From the NCBI GenBank assembly GCA_964016885.1, contig OZ024742.1, positions 358,050,001 through 358,114,000 of the forward strand: a stretch of 64,000 bases of DNA, read 5' to 3'. This document shows positions 26,563 through 38,896 of the stretch, in pieces. The position numbers were made by a program, and so were the translations under genes. The DNA is from Eledone cirrhosa (taxonomy: Eukaryota). Under the pieces are notes generated by a model. That model saw nothing but the letters and a program-made list of their open reading frames with translations, was not told where the DNA came from and made no database searches. The stretch's first letter is position 1. Each line of letters starts with the position of its first letter.

Positions 26563-27605
26563 CTTACAACAAATAGAGAAAATGATGAAAATACGTAAGT
26601 GCTCTCACTTGCTGTTTCATATATATTATGTATACATAGTTTATGTAATGCATTCTCAAAGCATGTTAACATTAAATATTGAAAGTATATGTGTTTAAGA
26701 AAATTAGTTGGTTACACATTTTATGACAAACTCTGAATTCTTCTTGATTTGCTGTGTAAATATTAATAACCATTTCTGCTTGACTGTCTCTGCTGAGAGA
26801 ATATCAACAGAATATGGAATCTTTCCTGTGTTGTGTCTTCAGGCCAGCCATGATCAAGTAAACATATCTAGTTCTCAATGATGATGATGATGATGATGAT
26901 GAGGTGAATGAGTTGAAGATGGAGGATGTCAGTATGATGATTGTAATATGGATAATTTTCTAAAAATGCGAGTTTGTTGTTGAAATTGCTGTGAATGGTT
27001 TCCTGATTTATCACTTTTACTAAAGTATATTTTTAGCAATTAATCTCAAGTAGTTTTGTTGAAAACAGACGTTTATGACAATGAGATGTAAGGCAATGTC
27101 AATGGTCTCTTCAAGACATATTTTACTAATAAATAAAGATATTTATTTGTTTAATTGTTTATCTATTTTGTTAAAACAATGTATTTCTATTTTTATATAT
27201 AAAAAGTTAATGTTGTTTTGGCTTTCTGCATCACTGTAAGTTTGGCTCATTAAATCTGTCTGAGAATATTTTGTTTAAAAATTCAAAGAAGGAAGAGAGG
27301 AAGGAAGGAATAGAAAAGTAAAATGAACACTAGATAATTAAATATCATTTCAGGAAAAATAATTACCAAATTATATTTCAAATGTGTTAATTAGTTTTTT
27401 CTCTTTTTTTTTATTTTTGAACTTCAATCAAATTAGATTTTATTGTTGGTTAACATATGATTGTTTAATAGATGTTTACATATTAAAACAATCTGGTACA
27501 GGCTAAGATGAATAGATATGTGAAAACATACTGGGAGTGTAACCCATATCACCTTATTCACACTTTGGAGCATTATACTATATTTTCCTAACATCTCACA
27601 CCAAT

Positions 27606-27909
27606 CAGGGCTGTATTTAATTGGGGTGGGGTGGGGTGGGGCGTAATTGCCCCAGATCCCCTGCATTGGGGGACCCAACCAGTGACGGCCATAGCAATTT
27701 ATTTGGGCCCTTAGCTGGGCTTTTTAGTTTTAGCATGGTTAGTATTTTGGAATTTAATACCTATATGTATAACTTTTCAATTCCAATTACTTGCATCAAG
27801 CTAACTTTGATATGTAAAATAAGGTGTGTGTGTTCTAATTTGTTATGTCTGAGGGGGGGCCCCTCAAAACTGAAGTGCCCCATGGCCCCAAGGTCTAAAT
27901 CCAATCCTG
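27606..27909 (+). mobile_element. hAT-like MITE
   Basis: CAGGGCTGTATTTA..TAAATCCAATCCTG. Confidence 0.75.
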
Positions 27910-28121
27910 CCTTAGACAAATAATCATTATACTATGCTTTCAGACACCAATATATAGTCTATGGGTTGACAGAAATAGCAGGTAAATTCTCTCTATATCA
28001 TACCTTACTGTTTTTGAAAAGAACACAGCTTTGGAAAAGTATGTTATGTCATAGCTGGAATACCTTTGGATATAGGTCTCCTTAATTATTGTAGACCTGT
28101 GACTAAGCAAAAGCATATTAA

Positions 28122-28342
28122 GCCTTTAGCATTTACATTACTCTATATGTACTATGACATTTTCATGGTAAAGTCTTTATCTCACATAATTATCTCACAT
28201 AATATAGAATCTATGAAATTTTGATATTATTTATTTTGAGAACAATAACTTAACATCAGTATGAGTGACCGGTTACAGCCGGTTTGTACAGAAAGAGGTG
28301 AGAGAATTCTGGCCGGATATGGCCGGTTTAAATTTTAAAGGG
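28122..28342. mobile_element. piggyBac-type MITE
   Basis: TTAA flanks; reverse orientation of 45732-45951. Confidence 0.8.
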
Positions 28343-28639
28343 TTAAGACTGTGTATCCAATTTTATAATTGTTTGGAATCAGAAGACAGTTTGGATTTGA
28401 CTTCAACTTATTTAAATCCTGGTGTTTCCTTTTGTATACAAAACTGAGAGCAGTGAATTCTAACCAAACTACTTAATACATTATTGTTATACTTTGGGAG
28501 GGTCATGTTGCCAATAAGAAACACACGCACCAGTTGCTTTCACTTCAATTTAATTTATTAAATATTTATAAATTTACAAATTTATAAATTTCTGGTTGGT
28601 TGGTTGGTTCCACAACCAGATAGTTGTTTATATATATAT

Positions 28640-28684
28640 AGTCATAGTTCTTTCGTCACACACTCTGTGACCTCTTCAGTGACT
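28640..28684 (-). ncRNA. Minimal type I hammerhead ribozyme (mirror copy)
   Basis: Reverse complement of 28791-28835. Confidence 0.7.
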
Positions 28685-28790
28685 GGGGATTTCTTTCTTC
28701 GTTTCTGTGCCTTTCCTTTCTTCTATCCTACGCCATTTTTGGCGTAGGATAGAAGAAAGGAAAGGCACAGAAACGAAGAAAGAAATCCCC

Positions 28791-28835
28791 AGTCACTGAA
28801 GAGGTCACAGAGTGTGTGACGAAAGAACTATGACT
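28791..28835 (+). ncRNA. Minimal type I hammerhead ribozyme
   Basis: Stem I AGTCA/TGACT, core CTGAAGA, extra G, stem II GTCACA-gagtg-TGTGAC, GAAA, vestigial stem III, CUA site. Confidence 0.7.
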
Positions 28836-30422
28836 ATATATATATAAACAACTATCTGGTTGTGGAACCAACCAACCAACCAGAAATTTATAAATTTGTA
28901 AATTTATAAATATTTAATAAATTAAATTGAAGTGAAAGCAACTGGTGCGTGTGTTTCTTATTGGCAACATGACCCTCCCAAAGTATAACACTATCGGTTT
29001 CAACACACGATTTCAGATAAAGAATCTTGCTAAACAAATTCAGAAACGAAATACTTAATACATTTTTATCCCGTTAATACCAAACTGCCTGAAATGGGCC
29101 CTGGTTCTACTAAACAACTGTTTATTTTAAAGTGTTTCTATTCATCTAAAAACCTTCTATCATAATTTTGTGTAAGGACTTCATTATGTCCCAAACAACA
29201 ATTTAACGATGGTTCCTACTATAAGCACAAGGCCAGCAATTTTGGGGGAGGAGGAAGTCCTTTGAAACATCTCAGAACATCCAATGTTCCCATAGAAAAT
29301 TGCACATAAGAATAATGCTGTGTGTGTGTGTGTGTAACCTTTACAAATGCATATCAGTGTGGGATGCAATATAGACTGTAAATATAGACTGCAAAGCCTT
29401 ATAATCATCATCATCCTTGTTTAATGTCTGCTTTCCCTGCTATCAAGAGTCAGATGGGTCTATATAGATCAAGTCAGTACTTAAGTGGGGTTACGGACCT
29501 CCCAGACAGGCCTTATGGTCTGCATCTTGCTTGTGTATGGTCATATGTTCTAATAAATGCACAGGAGAAGTTGTGTCTTTTGACAGAAACTGAATGGCCC
29601 TCCAAACCCCTTTTTGGCAAGCTTTCTACAGCTGTATGCATTTCCTAACACCAATATTTGTAATATTTGCTCTGTATTGAATTACATACACTCCCATGTC
29701 ATTCCTGCTCTCGGAATGTCAGTGAACTGAACCAAAGATTCATGTCTCAGTAATCTGTAAGCCACTACACTAATGTTGTATCTATACATCAACTAAAATG
29801 AAACAGAAGCAGAGAAACATAGCATTTATGAAAGTAGATAATAATAAATTCCCCTAACACAAGGTTATAGTGTTCATCTTCATATGGTATAGCCCCTGTA
29901 ATTCCTGATGGAGTTGTACATATGCTGTAGGAACATGCAGTGTTTCTTGGGTATTTTAAGCCTGGTGGATCCCCTCTTGGTCTGAACACAGCCGATGTCT
30001 TCTAGAGAAGGAAAGAAAGTAAGAAAGAGGAATTCAGAAATAGATGCAGCTACCTTTTTTTATTGACCTCGAAAGGACGAAAGGCAAAATTGACCTCGGC
30101 AGTATTTGAACTCAGTGAGCCAGAATAAACACCACTTTGCATTCTATCCAACATTCTAATGACTTTTCCAATTTATTGCCATCTTCATATACAGCATATT
30201 AAACCATAATATCTCGTATCAGATGAAACTACATTAACAAGATATTCTTGAAAAATATAAAACAGTAATATGGCTGTATCACATTAAATATGAAAGTTTT
30301 ACTTTAGTTTACTGCAAATGTTCACAATCTGTCCACAAGTAAAGATATCCTAGAAATATTTCAATTAACAAAGATAGTTTTAGATATTTTCAGCTAAATA
30401 ATTACGGGATGTTAAGGGTTAA

Positions 30423-30670
30423 TCCCTTAGCCATTAGTCAATATTTACTATTGTGTTTTCACATAGCCATTAGTCAATATTTACTATTGTGTTTTCACAT
30501 AAAAGGCTTTATCTTACATAATATCTCACATAATATCAAATCTATGAGATTTTGATATTTATTTAGAAAACAATACGTTAACATTGGTATGAGCAGCCAG
30601 TTACCACTGGTTTAAACAGAGAGACGTGAAAGAACTCTGGCTCGATATGGTTGTTTTAAATGCTAAAGGG
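30423..30670. mobile_element. piggyBac-type MITE with internal 36-bp tandem duplication
   Basis: Homologous to 28122-28342; TAGCCATTAGTCAATATTTACTATTGTGTTTTCACA x2; ends AAATGCTAAAGGG. Confidence 0.75.
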
Positions 30671-31057
30671 TTACGTAAAGAAAACATCTGTTGAATAGAA
30701 CTCATTTCTTTAAAAGGTTCCTTCATGGGCTGCTGTGAAGGATTTGAACTCAGGTTTGTATCCTATTGTGATACTCCTCTATTATACACTACCCCCACCC
30801 TCCATTCACATCATCATCTCTTCTGATAATTACAGCAGTGAGTTACACACCATATTGTTTTTTTCCCATACATTTTAATTGTCTTGTTTTTAACTATGTT
30901 GAAAAATCTTTTATGCTTATTTCAAATCTAATAACTCTACTTTAGTTTTGAAGGACTTTGGTCTTATGATGCTTCACAAAGGAAGTGAGTTGCCAAGAGC
31001 TGTGAAGTTTTAGAACAAAAATAGTAAAGCAATCATGTTGTGTTATCTAAAAGTAAT

Positions 31058-31100
<43 letters not shown>

Positions 31101-31670
31101 CTGTGTTTGTGTGTGTGTATATATGCATGTATGTATTTTTATATATATACATATATGTATATGTGTTTGTATATGTATGCATGTATGTATGTAAATAAAT
31201 ATTTATATATATGTGTGTGTGTGTGTTTGTATATGTGTTTGAGTGGTCATGTGTGGTCGTGTGTGTGTGTGCGTGTGTTCGTGTGTATATGTGTGTGTCT
31301 GTGTTCGTGTGTGTGTGTGTGTGTCTGTGTGTGTGTGTATGTATGTGTTTATAAACTTGCACAACATCTTGAAAAAAAAAAATTGTTCCACACAGTTCTA
31401 CTTCAAATTTTCTTCAATAATTTATATTTGCAGCACATATCAGTATGCTTCATCACCATCATCACCTGATCAATGTTGTCTTTATCAACTACATCATCAT
31501 CATCAACAGCAACAGCAGTATGATTATCCTTTTTGTCATTAGTCAGTTTATATGTTGTTTATCTAATGTAGCTGTATGGTTACAACATTTTCTTCACAGT
31601 TATGAGATTCTAGTTTCCATATCCATGGGATTTGTATGACAGAAACTGTACTAACACATCTGTATATATA

Positions 31671-31770
31671 CAGGGTATCACAAAAAATGTATACACACTT
31701 CAACAACATTCTAATAAACATTGCCTGTACAGGTAATCAAAGTGTGTAAACATTTTATGGAGACACCCTG
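31671..31770. mobile_element. Tc1/mariner-type ~100-bp MITE
   Basis: TA|CAGGGTATC..GACACCCTG|TA; homologous to 14433-14533. Confidence 0.82.
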
Positions 31771-31772
31771 TA

Positions 31773-32470
31773 TCATCATCATCATTTAACGTCCATCTTC
31801 CATGCTAGCATGGGGTAGACGCGTTTGTCCCACTTGAAGCAAGATTGGTCAGGTGAACATGTCTCACTCATATAGAACTGTTTCTGGCTGGTTTTCTATG
31901 GTTGGATGACCTTCCTAACGCCAACCACATTTACAGTGTGGATTGGGAGCTTTTTACCATGTCTCCTACACAACCACTTTACAGTGTTGACTGGATGTTC
32001 TGTGGTATCAACATAACTTTACAGAGAAAGGGTGGTGTGGGCATAAGTGGGAGGAAAGAGTAGGGTGTGCGACAGGGTGTATATTGGCTTAAGAGGTGCC
32101 TACTGACTGTAGGTTTAAGTTTCTATGTAAGGGAAGGCGGGTCTTCTGTATTACTGCATAGTGCCAAAGATCTCAACCCAGTGATATTGTCTTAGAGAGG
32201 TGTAAGTGTGCAAGGTCACTTTTTATCACCTTGTCCCAGGTTTTTCTGGGTCTACCTACTCCATAGCTTCCATCAATTTTGATTGCCCTGCACTTTTTTT
32301 ATACAGCTGTCATCTTTCATACACATCACGTGACCATACCAACATAATCTCCTCTCAAGTAAACTGCATCTGATCCCTATTATTCCTAATTTCTCACATA
32401 GTTCTTTTACATTTTGCTGTTCGTGTATATTGCTATTACACATCCATTGGAGCATGCTTTGTTCCTTTCC
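31773..32470 (-). mobile_element. RTE LINE 3' fragment
   Basis: MLQWMCNSNIHEQQNVKELCEKLGIIGIRCSLLERRLCWYGHVM is homologous to the 36808 ORF; 3' UTR and (TGA)n tail. Confidence 0.9.
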
Positions 32471-32587
32471 AATATATATACATATAAACTATATGAGTTT
32501 TTAATGATCCGGCTTAGGGTGTAACCAGAAGCTTTTTGCTTAAATGTTTAATCTCTACTTATAATAAATATTTGCTCTATGGGTTTA

Positions 32588-32935
32588 TCATCATCATCAT
32601 CATCATTATCATTTTACGTCCACTTTTCTCTGCTTGCAAGGGTGGGACGGGAACTGATTCAGGCTTGATTTCTACAGCTGGATGCCCTTCCTAACACCAA
32701 CCTCATTTGCAGTGAGTGCTGGGTGCTTTTATGCCGTGGTACCTCCACAACCACTTTGCAGTGGAATGATATGGACCCCAGTCCCTATCATCTCATTTCT
32801 ACAGCTGAGTAAACTGGAGCAATGAAATAAAGTGTCTTGCTCAAGGAAACAACACATTACCCAGTCTGAGAATTGAACTCACAATCTTTCGATTGCAAGG
32901 CCAATGCTCTAACCACTAAGCCATGTGCTTCCATT
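32588..32935 (-). mobile_element. SINE family B (tRNA-like head + RTE-derived 3' tail)
   Basis: Near-identical to 51228-51562 and the reverse complement of 62755-63160. Confidence 0.85.
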
Positions 32936-33029
32936 TATATATATATATATACAGCCCTTATCAAGTCCTCTTTGACATTTGATTTTTTTATTATTACTCT
33001 CTATATATATAAAGATAAAAGTTATATCG

Positions 33030-33410
33030 GTGATAAAAGCCGACCTTACCCAATTACACGACCGTGACCCCTGGCGTCACGCAGTATTACAGAGTACCCG
33101 ACCTCCGATTGGTACAAGCTGAAGCATAGAGACAATATGGCCCCACACCCTCCCACTGCAATGTGGTCGTGGAGGTGCCAAGGCAAAAAAGCACCCAGCC
33201 CACACTGTAAAGTGGATGTGTAGGCACCACGGAAAAAACCACCCAGCACTAACTGTAAATGAGGTTGGTGTTAGGAAGGGCATCCAGCTGTAGCAATCAA
33301 GCCAGAATCAGTTCCCGTATGAGCAAGACAAGGTCAGCTGACCGGACACTGCCCACAACAGGACAACCCATCTAACCCATGGACGAACGGACGTAAAATG
33401 GTGATGATGA
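33030..33410 (+). mobile_element. RTE 3' end copy
   Basis: Reverse complement matches 58190-58600. Confidence 0.85.
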
Positions 33411-33419
33411 TATATATAT

Positions 33420-33719
33420 AGGGTAAAGATCCCCTCGGTCATAAATGACAAAGGGATTTGCACTTAGAAAGTTCTCCCTCCAAGGCACAAGTCCAGGCCA
33501 GGTTGTTTGTAGAAGACTAGCAGTCACCCATGCATACCAATCTCCCCATTCGACTTCCCCACCGTTGTCCAAGAGAAAGGTAATAGCTGATACAACTTGG
33601 AACCAGTGATGTCGCAACTCATTTCTACAGCTGGATGAACTGGAGTAGCATGAAATAAAGTATCTTGCTTAAGAATATAATGCACTAATTGGTCCATGAA
33701 TTGAACTCACAACCTCACG

Positions 33720-33720
<1 letters not shown>
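33420..33720 (-). mobile_element. SINE family C
   Basis: Similar to 22790-23112. Confidence 0.7.
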
Positions 33721-33777
<57 letters not shown>

Positions 33778-33778
<1 letters not shown>

Positions 33779-35439
33779 TATTGGTAAAAGGAAAAGAAAA
33801 TGCTGACAAATTGTTCCCAGTGAAAAATAATTTAATTAGGAATAAGTAAAAATTAGTAATAGTATTGTTTAGTATTCAGATTTGGTTTTAAGTTTTACCG
33901 GTTGCGCATTTCTAATGCTTTTCAAAATAATTTTGAGATAGAGCGCCCGTGATGTTTGCTCTAATCTGATTAGTTTTGGAAATTCTACCTGTTTTATCTG
34001 AAAAAAGTGGCTCCAGATGTATTAAAATAAATTTCGCGCCAATTCGGGTTGCAAAAATTCTTGTGGTCTAAACAATTTTGATTGGTCGGTAGAGGTCATG
34101 TGAATGTTAAAAATTGATTTTGCGCCAAATGTAGGTTTGTGTCGGCTGATTGAGAAGTCACTGAAAAATAAGTCTTTCAAAACAAATATGTGTGTGTGTG
34201 TAGTAGTAGTAAAGAGGTTCGTTGTTGTGATAATGGTCAGCAGGGATGTGTGTGCCAACCGCAGCCTGTTGACAGTTCAAATGCCTATTAAGACAAGTGT
34301 GTGTGTGTGTGGGGGGGGGGTGACATTATCTTTAAATTTGTAGAGGGGAAAGATTCTGAAGTTGGGATGATTTTAGGAGGCACAGGTATCAATGTGTTCA
34401 CTCAGTGGTATTTTCCTGTATTCCCGTATTTTAATTTGGGATCTATGGACAGTCATGCGTTGGCGGAGGCTGTTTTTGGTCTGGCCTATGTATTGTTCTC
34501 GACAACCTGAGCAAGTTAATACATATATTAGATTTTCTGATGCGCATGTGAAATTGTGTTTTACTATAAAACGTTGTCCTTCTTTGAAATAGAATTCTGA
34601 ACTCTCTATTAGGTTGGTGCATATGCCACAGTTGGGTCTATCGCATTTATTTACTGTGGGTTTCGTTGTTGTGGTTGGCAGTACTTTGGCATGTGTTAGG
34701 ATGTTTTTCATTGACTTAGATTGTCTTTTGCTCTTTATGATATCGTGTGTTCGTAGGATTTGGTTCATTCTATGGTCCTTTTTCAACACAGGGATGTTCT
34801 GGGGGATGGTGTCAAAGGCCTCATTGTTGAGGGGGTTGTGTGTGGAGATGTATGGAAGAGCTTTTAGTTTCGGTTGATTTACTTTAGGGTGTCTAAGGTC
34901 CTGGGTACTGAGTTTTAGGGCACGTTGGATTCCATTGTCAATTAGTGATGCAGGGTAGTCCCTGCCTATGAGTGTGTCCTTTAGTTCTTGTAGCCGTAAG
35001 TAGCAGGTATTTTTATTGGAGACTATAGTACAGATTCTCTTGGCTAAGTTGTAGGGAATATTAATTTTAACGTGTCTAGGGTGGCAAGAGTTGAAAGGAA
35101 GATATTGCTTGGAGTCTGTGGGCTTGTAGTATATGTCTGTTTCTATTTTTTTTTTTTTTGTAAATTATTTTGAAAAGCATTAGAATTGCGCAACCGGTAA
35201 AACTTAAAACCAAAACTGAATACTAACCAATACTATTACTAATTTTTACTTATTCCTAATTAAACTATTTTTCACTGGGAACAATTTGTCAGCATTTTCT
35301 TTTCAGTTTACCAATATATCATAACTCGTGTGTTACACCTCTATTCTTTTATGAAATGCCTATGATGGTTGGAAGATCACTGATGAAGGACTAACTTTTT
35401 TCATATGTAACCCATTTGCAACACCGCAGCGCCCTTATT

Positions 35440-35442
<3 letters not shown>
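33778..35442 (-). mobile_element. Penelope-like element (Neptune-like), 5'-truncated, with inverted pLTR segment
   Basis: 33778-33933 inverted at 35162-35316; RT thumb and GIY-YIG coding; partial hammerhead core CTGATGAAGGAC near 35380; flanked by (TA)n/(GA)n. Confidence 0.9.
34373..35148 (-). pseudogene. PLE pol fragment: RT thumb, Cys linker, GIY-YIG endonuclease
   Basis: IETDIYYKPTDSKQYLPFNSCHPRHVKINIPYNLAKRIC..DYP; CDRPNCGIC; NLIYVLTCSGCREQYIGQTKNSLRQRMTVHRSQI; stop at 34373 looks premature. Confidence 0.9.
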
Positions 35443-35512
<70 letters not shown>

Positions 35513-36005
35513 ACCGACCATTATATTACTGAACACTCATATTCATACCTTAATTGTGCCTCTGCAAAGTGGCGTGACAAAGTATTATCAAAATAGACCC
35601 AACGGAGTAAATCAATATTCTATAATAGTGGAACTGAATTTTAGCAGAGAACTCCAAAATTAACACCGGAATTACTCATCTTTGTACACAAACCTAAGCA
35701 GCTAACTCTGTAACACTTGAAATGAATTTCGATGTGAACATCGTATTCGTACCCATGCAGGATTCCTAATTAAAACCGTTTACTTCCCTCTGAGCCTAAC
35801 TTGGGCGTAACATGTGTAACAGCTCCTTATAAATTATATTTTAATGGTCTACTTCTCTTTCTTCAATTTCTTCGATTATATATATATATATCCAAAATTA
35901 AATTAAGGGTGCCATGTCCGAGGTTCATGCACCATATCCACTGTAGAATATGCTCAAAGATTCCAATGAATAGATCCGAGCATTTTATATCAACAAGAAA
36001 TTGAT

Positions 36006-36061
<56 letters not shown>

Positions 36062-36359
36062 AACATATGAAACAATCACAAGGGATAATCTGTAAAAGTG
36101 TGTAAGCACACACAGCTATGTGGGTAACTAATTAAAGTTTAACTAGAACTTTAAATATAGATACCTTATAAAATGAATAATCTTTGTTGTATATATTTCA
36201 GTAAAGAAATATATTTCACCATCAATCGATTGGTAAAGCACAGTAGTAAAATCTGGATTTTCAACAAGAGAGATGATTTAACTATCTGCGTTTACACACC
36301 AAATGCAAATCTGCGAATGACTAGCAGACGTGTTGCATTGTTTTTTAAATAAACACTAG

Positions 36360-36410
<51 letters not shown>

Positions 36411-36412
<2 letters not shown>

Positions 36413-38850
36413 TCATCATCATCATCATCAACGTTTAACGTCCGTGTTCCACGCTTGCATGGGTTTGGACGGGGGTAGTCCCACTTGAGGCAAGAGTGAT
36501 TGTCTTGCTCGCATAGGACTGTCTGGCAGGTTTTCTACAGTTGGATGCCCTTCCTAACACCAACCACATTTACAGTGTGGGTCTGGGAGGTTTTTACCGT
36601 GTTGCCTACACGGCCACATTACAGCGTGGACTGTGTGTTTTTTTGTCGTGACACCTACACGATCTCATTTGTTTCGGCCTCGATGGCGCGGCACCAACAT
36701 AACTTTACATAGAACGGGGTGGTGTGGATGGGGTGGGGGTGGTGGTGGTGGGACGGGGTGTATTTTGTTAGAGATGCCTACTGGCTGGAGTAGGTTTTAC
36801 TATATATTTAGGTAAGGCGGGTCTTCTCTGTTACTGAGTACCGCCAAAGGTCTCGGTCCAGTGACATTGTCTTGGAGAGGTGTAAGTGTGTGATGTCGGA
36901 GTTTATCAGCTCGTCCCAGGTTTTTCTAGGTATGCCTATTCCGTGACTACCGTCTATCTTTATTGCCCTGCACTTTGTTATACAGCTATCGACTTTCATG
37001 CGCATCACGTGTCCATACCAACGTAGCCTTCTCTCGAGTAAACAACATCTGATCCCTCTTATCTCTAATGTTTTCCTTAGTTCGTTTATGCTTTGCCGTT
37101 CACGTATATTACTGTTACACATCCAGCGGAGCATGCAAGCTTCGTTCCTCTCTAGTCTGCGTATATCCTCTGCACACAATGCCCAGGTCTCACTGCCATG
37201 CAGCATTGCTGTTCGTATGCAGGCATCGTACAACCTGCCTTTCATTTTTAGGGAGAACCCTTTAGCAGCTAATAGTGGTATAAGCTCTCTGAACTTTTTC
37301 CAACCAGTTTTGACTCTAGCTACAGTACTTTCAGAGCACCCTCCCCCACTGCTGATTTTATCGCCCAGGTAACGGAAGCTGTCCACTATTTCTATAGAAC
37401 CCTCTGCGCAATTGAAAGAGCTAGTATTTGGTGGGCACTTGCTGCTACTTATTGCACCAGAACACCGGCCACATGTAAAATCTATGTTTTTAGTTAGCTT
37501 ACCTGTGATCCCACTACATCTTTTATGCACCCATACTTTGCATTTAGGAGATAAAATGGAGTTTCTACCTACGCCTTTCCTACACACCGAGCACGACCAT
37601 TTCCCAGAAGGGATCGCCGCCTTGTTTTCTTTCCTACAAACTAGAACTTTGGTCTTAGCCAGGTTAATTTTAAGTCCTTTTGACTCTAGGCCGTGCTTCC
37701 ATGTTTGGAATTTCTTCTCTAGCTCGGCCATTGATTCCGCTATGAGTGTCAGGTCGTCTGCGTATAGGAGTTCCCATGGGCAGCCTGTCTTGAACTCCTC
37801 TGTTATAGCCTGAAGGGCAATAATAAATAGTAGGGGGCTTAGAACAGAGCCCTGACGGACGCCAACTTTTACGCTAAACTCTTCACTATATTCGTTGTTA
37901 ATTCTAACCTTGCTGACTGTTTCTTTATACATGGCTTGTATAGCCCTCACAAGCCATTCGTCAACGCCTAGTTTTCTAAGAGCCCACCAGATAATGGAGC
38001 GGGGGACTCTGTCGAAGGCTTTCTCCAAGTCGACAAAAGCTAAGTAGAGGGGTTTACCTTTAGCTAGGTACTTCTCCTGTAGTTGTCGTACTATGAAAAG
38101 AGCGTCTGTGGTACTTTTGCCTGACACAAACCCGAACTGCATTTCATCTAGGTCAATTCTCTCTCTGATTAGTTGCGCTATTACTTTTTCCGTGACCTTC
38201 ATGACCTGGTCGATTAATTTAATGCCTCTATAGTTACTCCTATCTAGGGCGTCTCCTTTACCCTTATAACAGTTAACGATGATGATGCTATGCCAGTCCT
38301 TCGGAACAACCCCATTCTGTACGACTTGGTTAACTATGCGGGTGACCATGGTGTGTCCCACCGTGCCAGATGCCTTCAGCATCTCAGCAACTATTTCCGA
38401 AGGCCCAGCCGCCTTACCCGTCTTCATATCCTTGATTGCCTTACTTATTATACTCCCCTCGACTAACACTGCTGGTCCCTCTATTGGGTCGATATGGGGG
38501 AGACTGTCTTTCTCCCATTTATTCTCCTCATTTAGTAGCCTTTCATAGTGACACTTCCAAGCTACCTTCTTATCAGCGTCGGTGATGGCAAGTGTGCCAT
38601 CGTCGTTTAGTACACACTTCTCCCCGACAATATCACGGTTTTCCTTGACGCATTGCCTAGCAATCCTGAACACCTCACGTTTTTGGTCATCGCGTTGTAG
38701 AACATGCTTGAACTTTCTTTCCTCAGCTTCCCTTCTTGCTAAGTACACTTGTCTCCTAGCTTCCCTCCTGGCCACTTGATAGTCTTCTCTACTTCCCCCA
38801 TCCCGCCATACTTTCCAAGCCTGCTTTTTGGCCTTAATTGACCCCTCCAC

Positions 38851-38852
<2 letters not shown>
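36411..38852 (-). mobile_element. RTE-clade LINE, 5'-truncated, relatively young
   Basis: Uninterrupted RT frame, 3' UTR and (TGA)n tail, embedded in (TA)n on both sides. Confidence 0.95.
36808..38852 (-). CDS. RTE reverse transcriptase (open frame, lacks N-terminal endonuclease), with Cys-rich insert
   Basis: NYRGIKL, QFGF, FVDLEKAFDRV, GVRQGSVLSPLLF, LLYADD, CSVC..CKVWVHKRC..CGRC, RRLRWYGHVMR; the ORF-track N-terminus 38853-38949 is microsatellite/other element. Confidence 0.9.

Positions 38853-38888
<36 letters not shown>

Positions 38889-38896
<8 letters not shown>

Larger units (their letters stand above)
28483..29051. mobile_element. Fold-back Penelope-like pLTR element (506-bp palindrome + 60-bp extension) with 13-bp TSD
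   Basis: Arms 28485-28735 and 28740-28990 are reverse complements around a TTTT loop; TACTTAATACATT at 28470-28482 and 29052-29064; hammerhead motif in each arm. Confidence 0.85.

Noticed and set aside
26070-26698. Poly-D/H/S/I/M ORFs
   Set aside because: Artefacts of a (CAT)n tract that is open in most frames
31033-31542. H/T- and C/V-rich ORFs (also 2125-2379, 15405-15746, 19743-20021, 63286-63660)
   Set aside because: Translations of microsatellites and minisatellites
35785-35825. CTGAGCCTAACTTGGGCGTAACATGTGTA possible decayed hammerhead
   Set aside because: Both conserved boxes are damaged; unsupported without homologues
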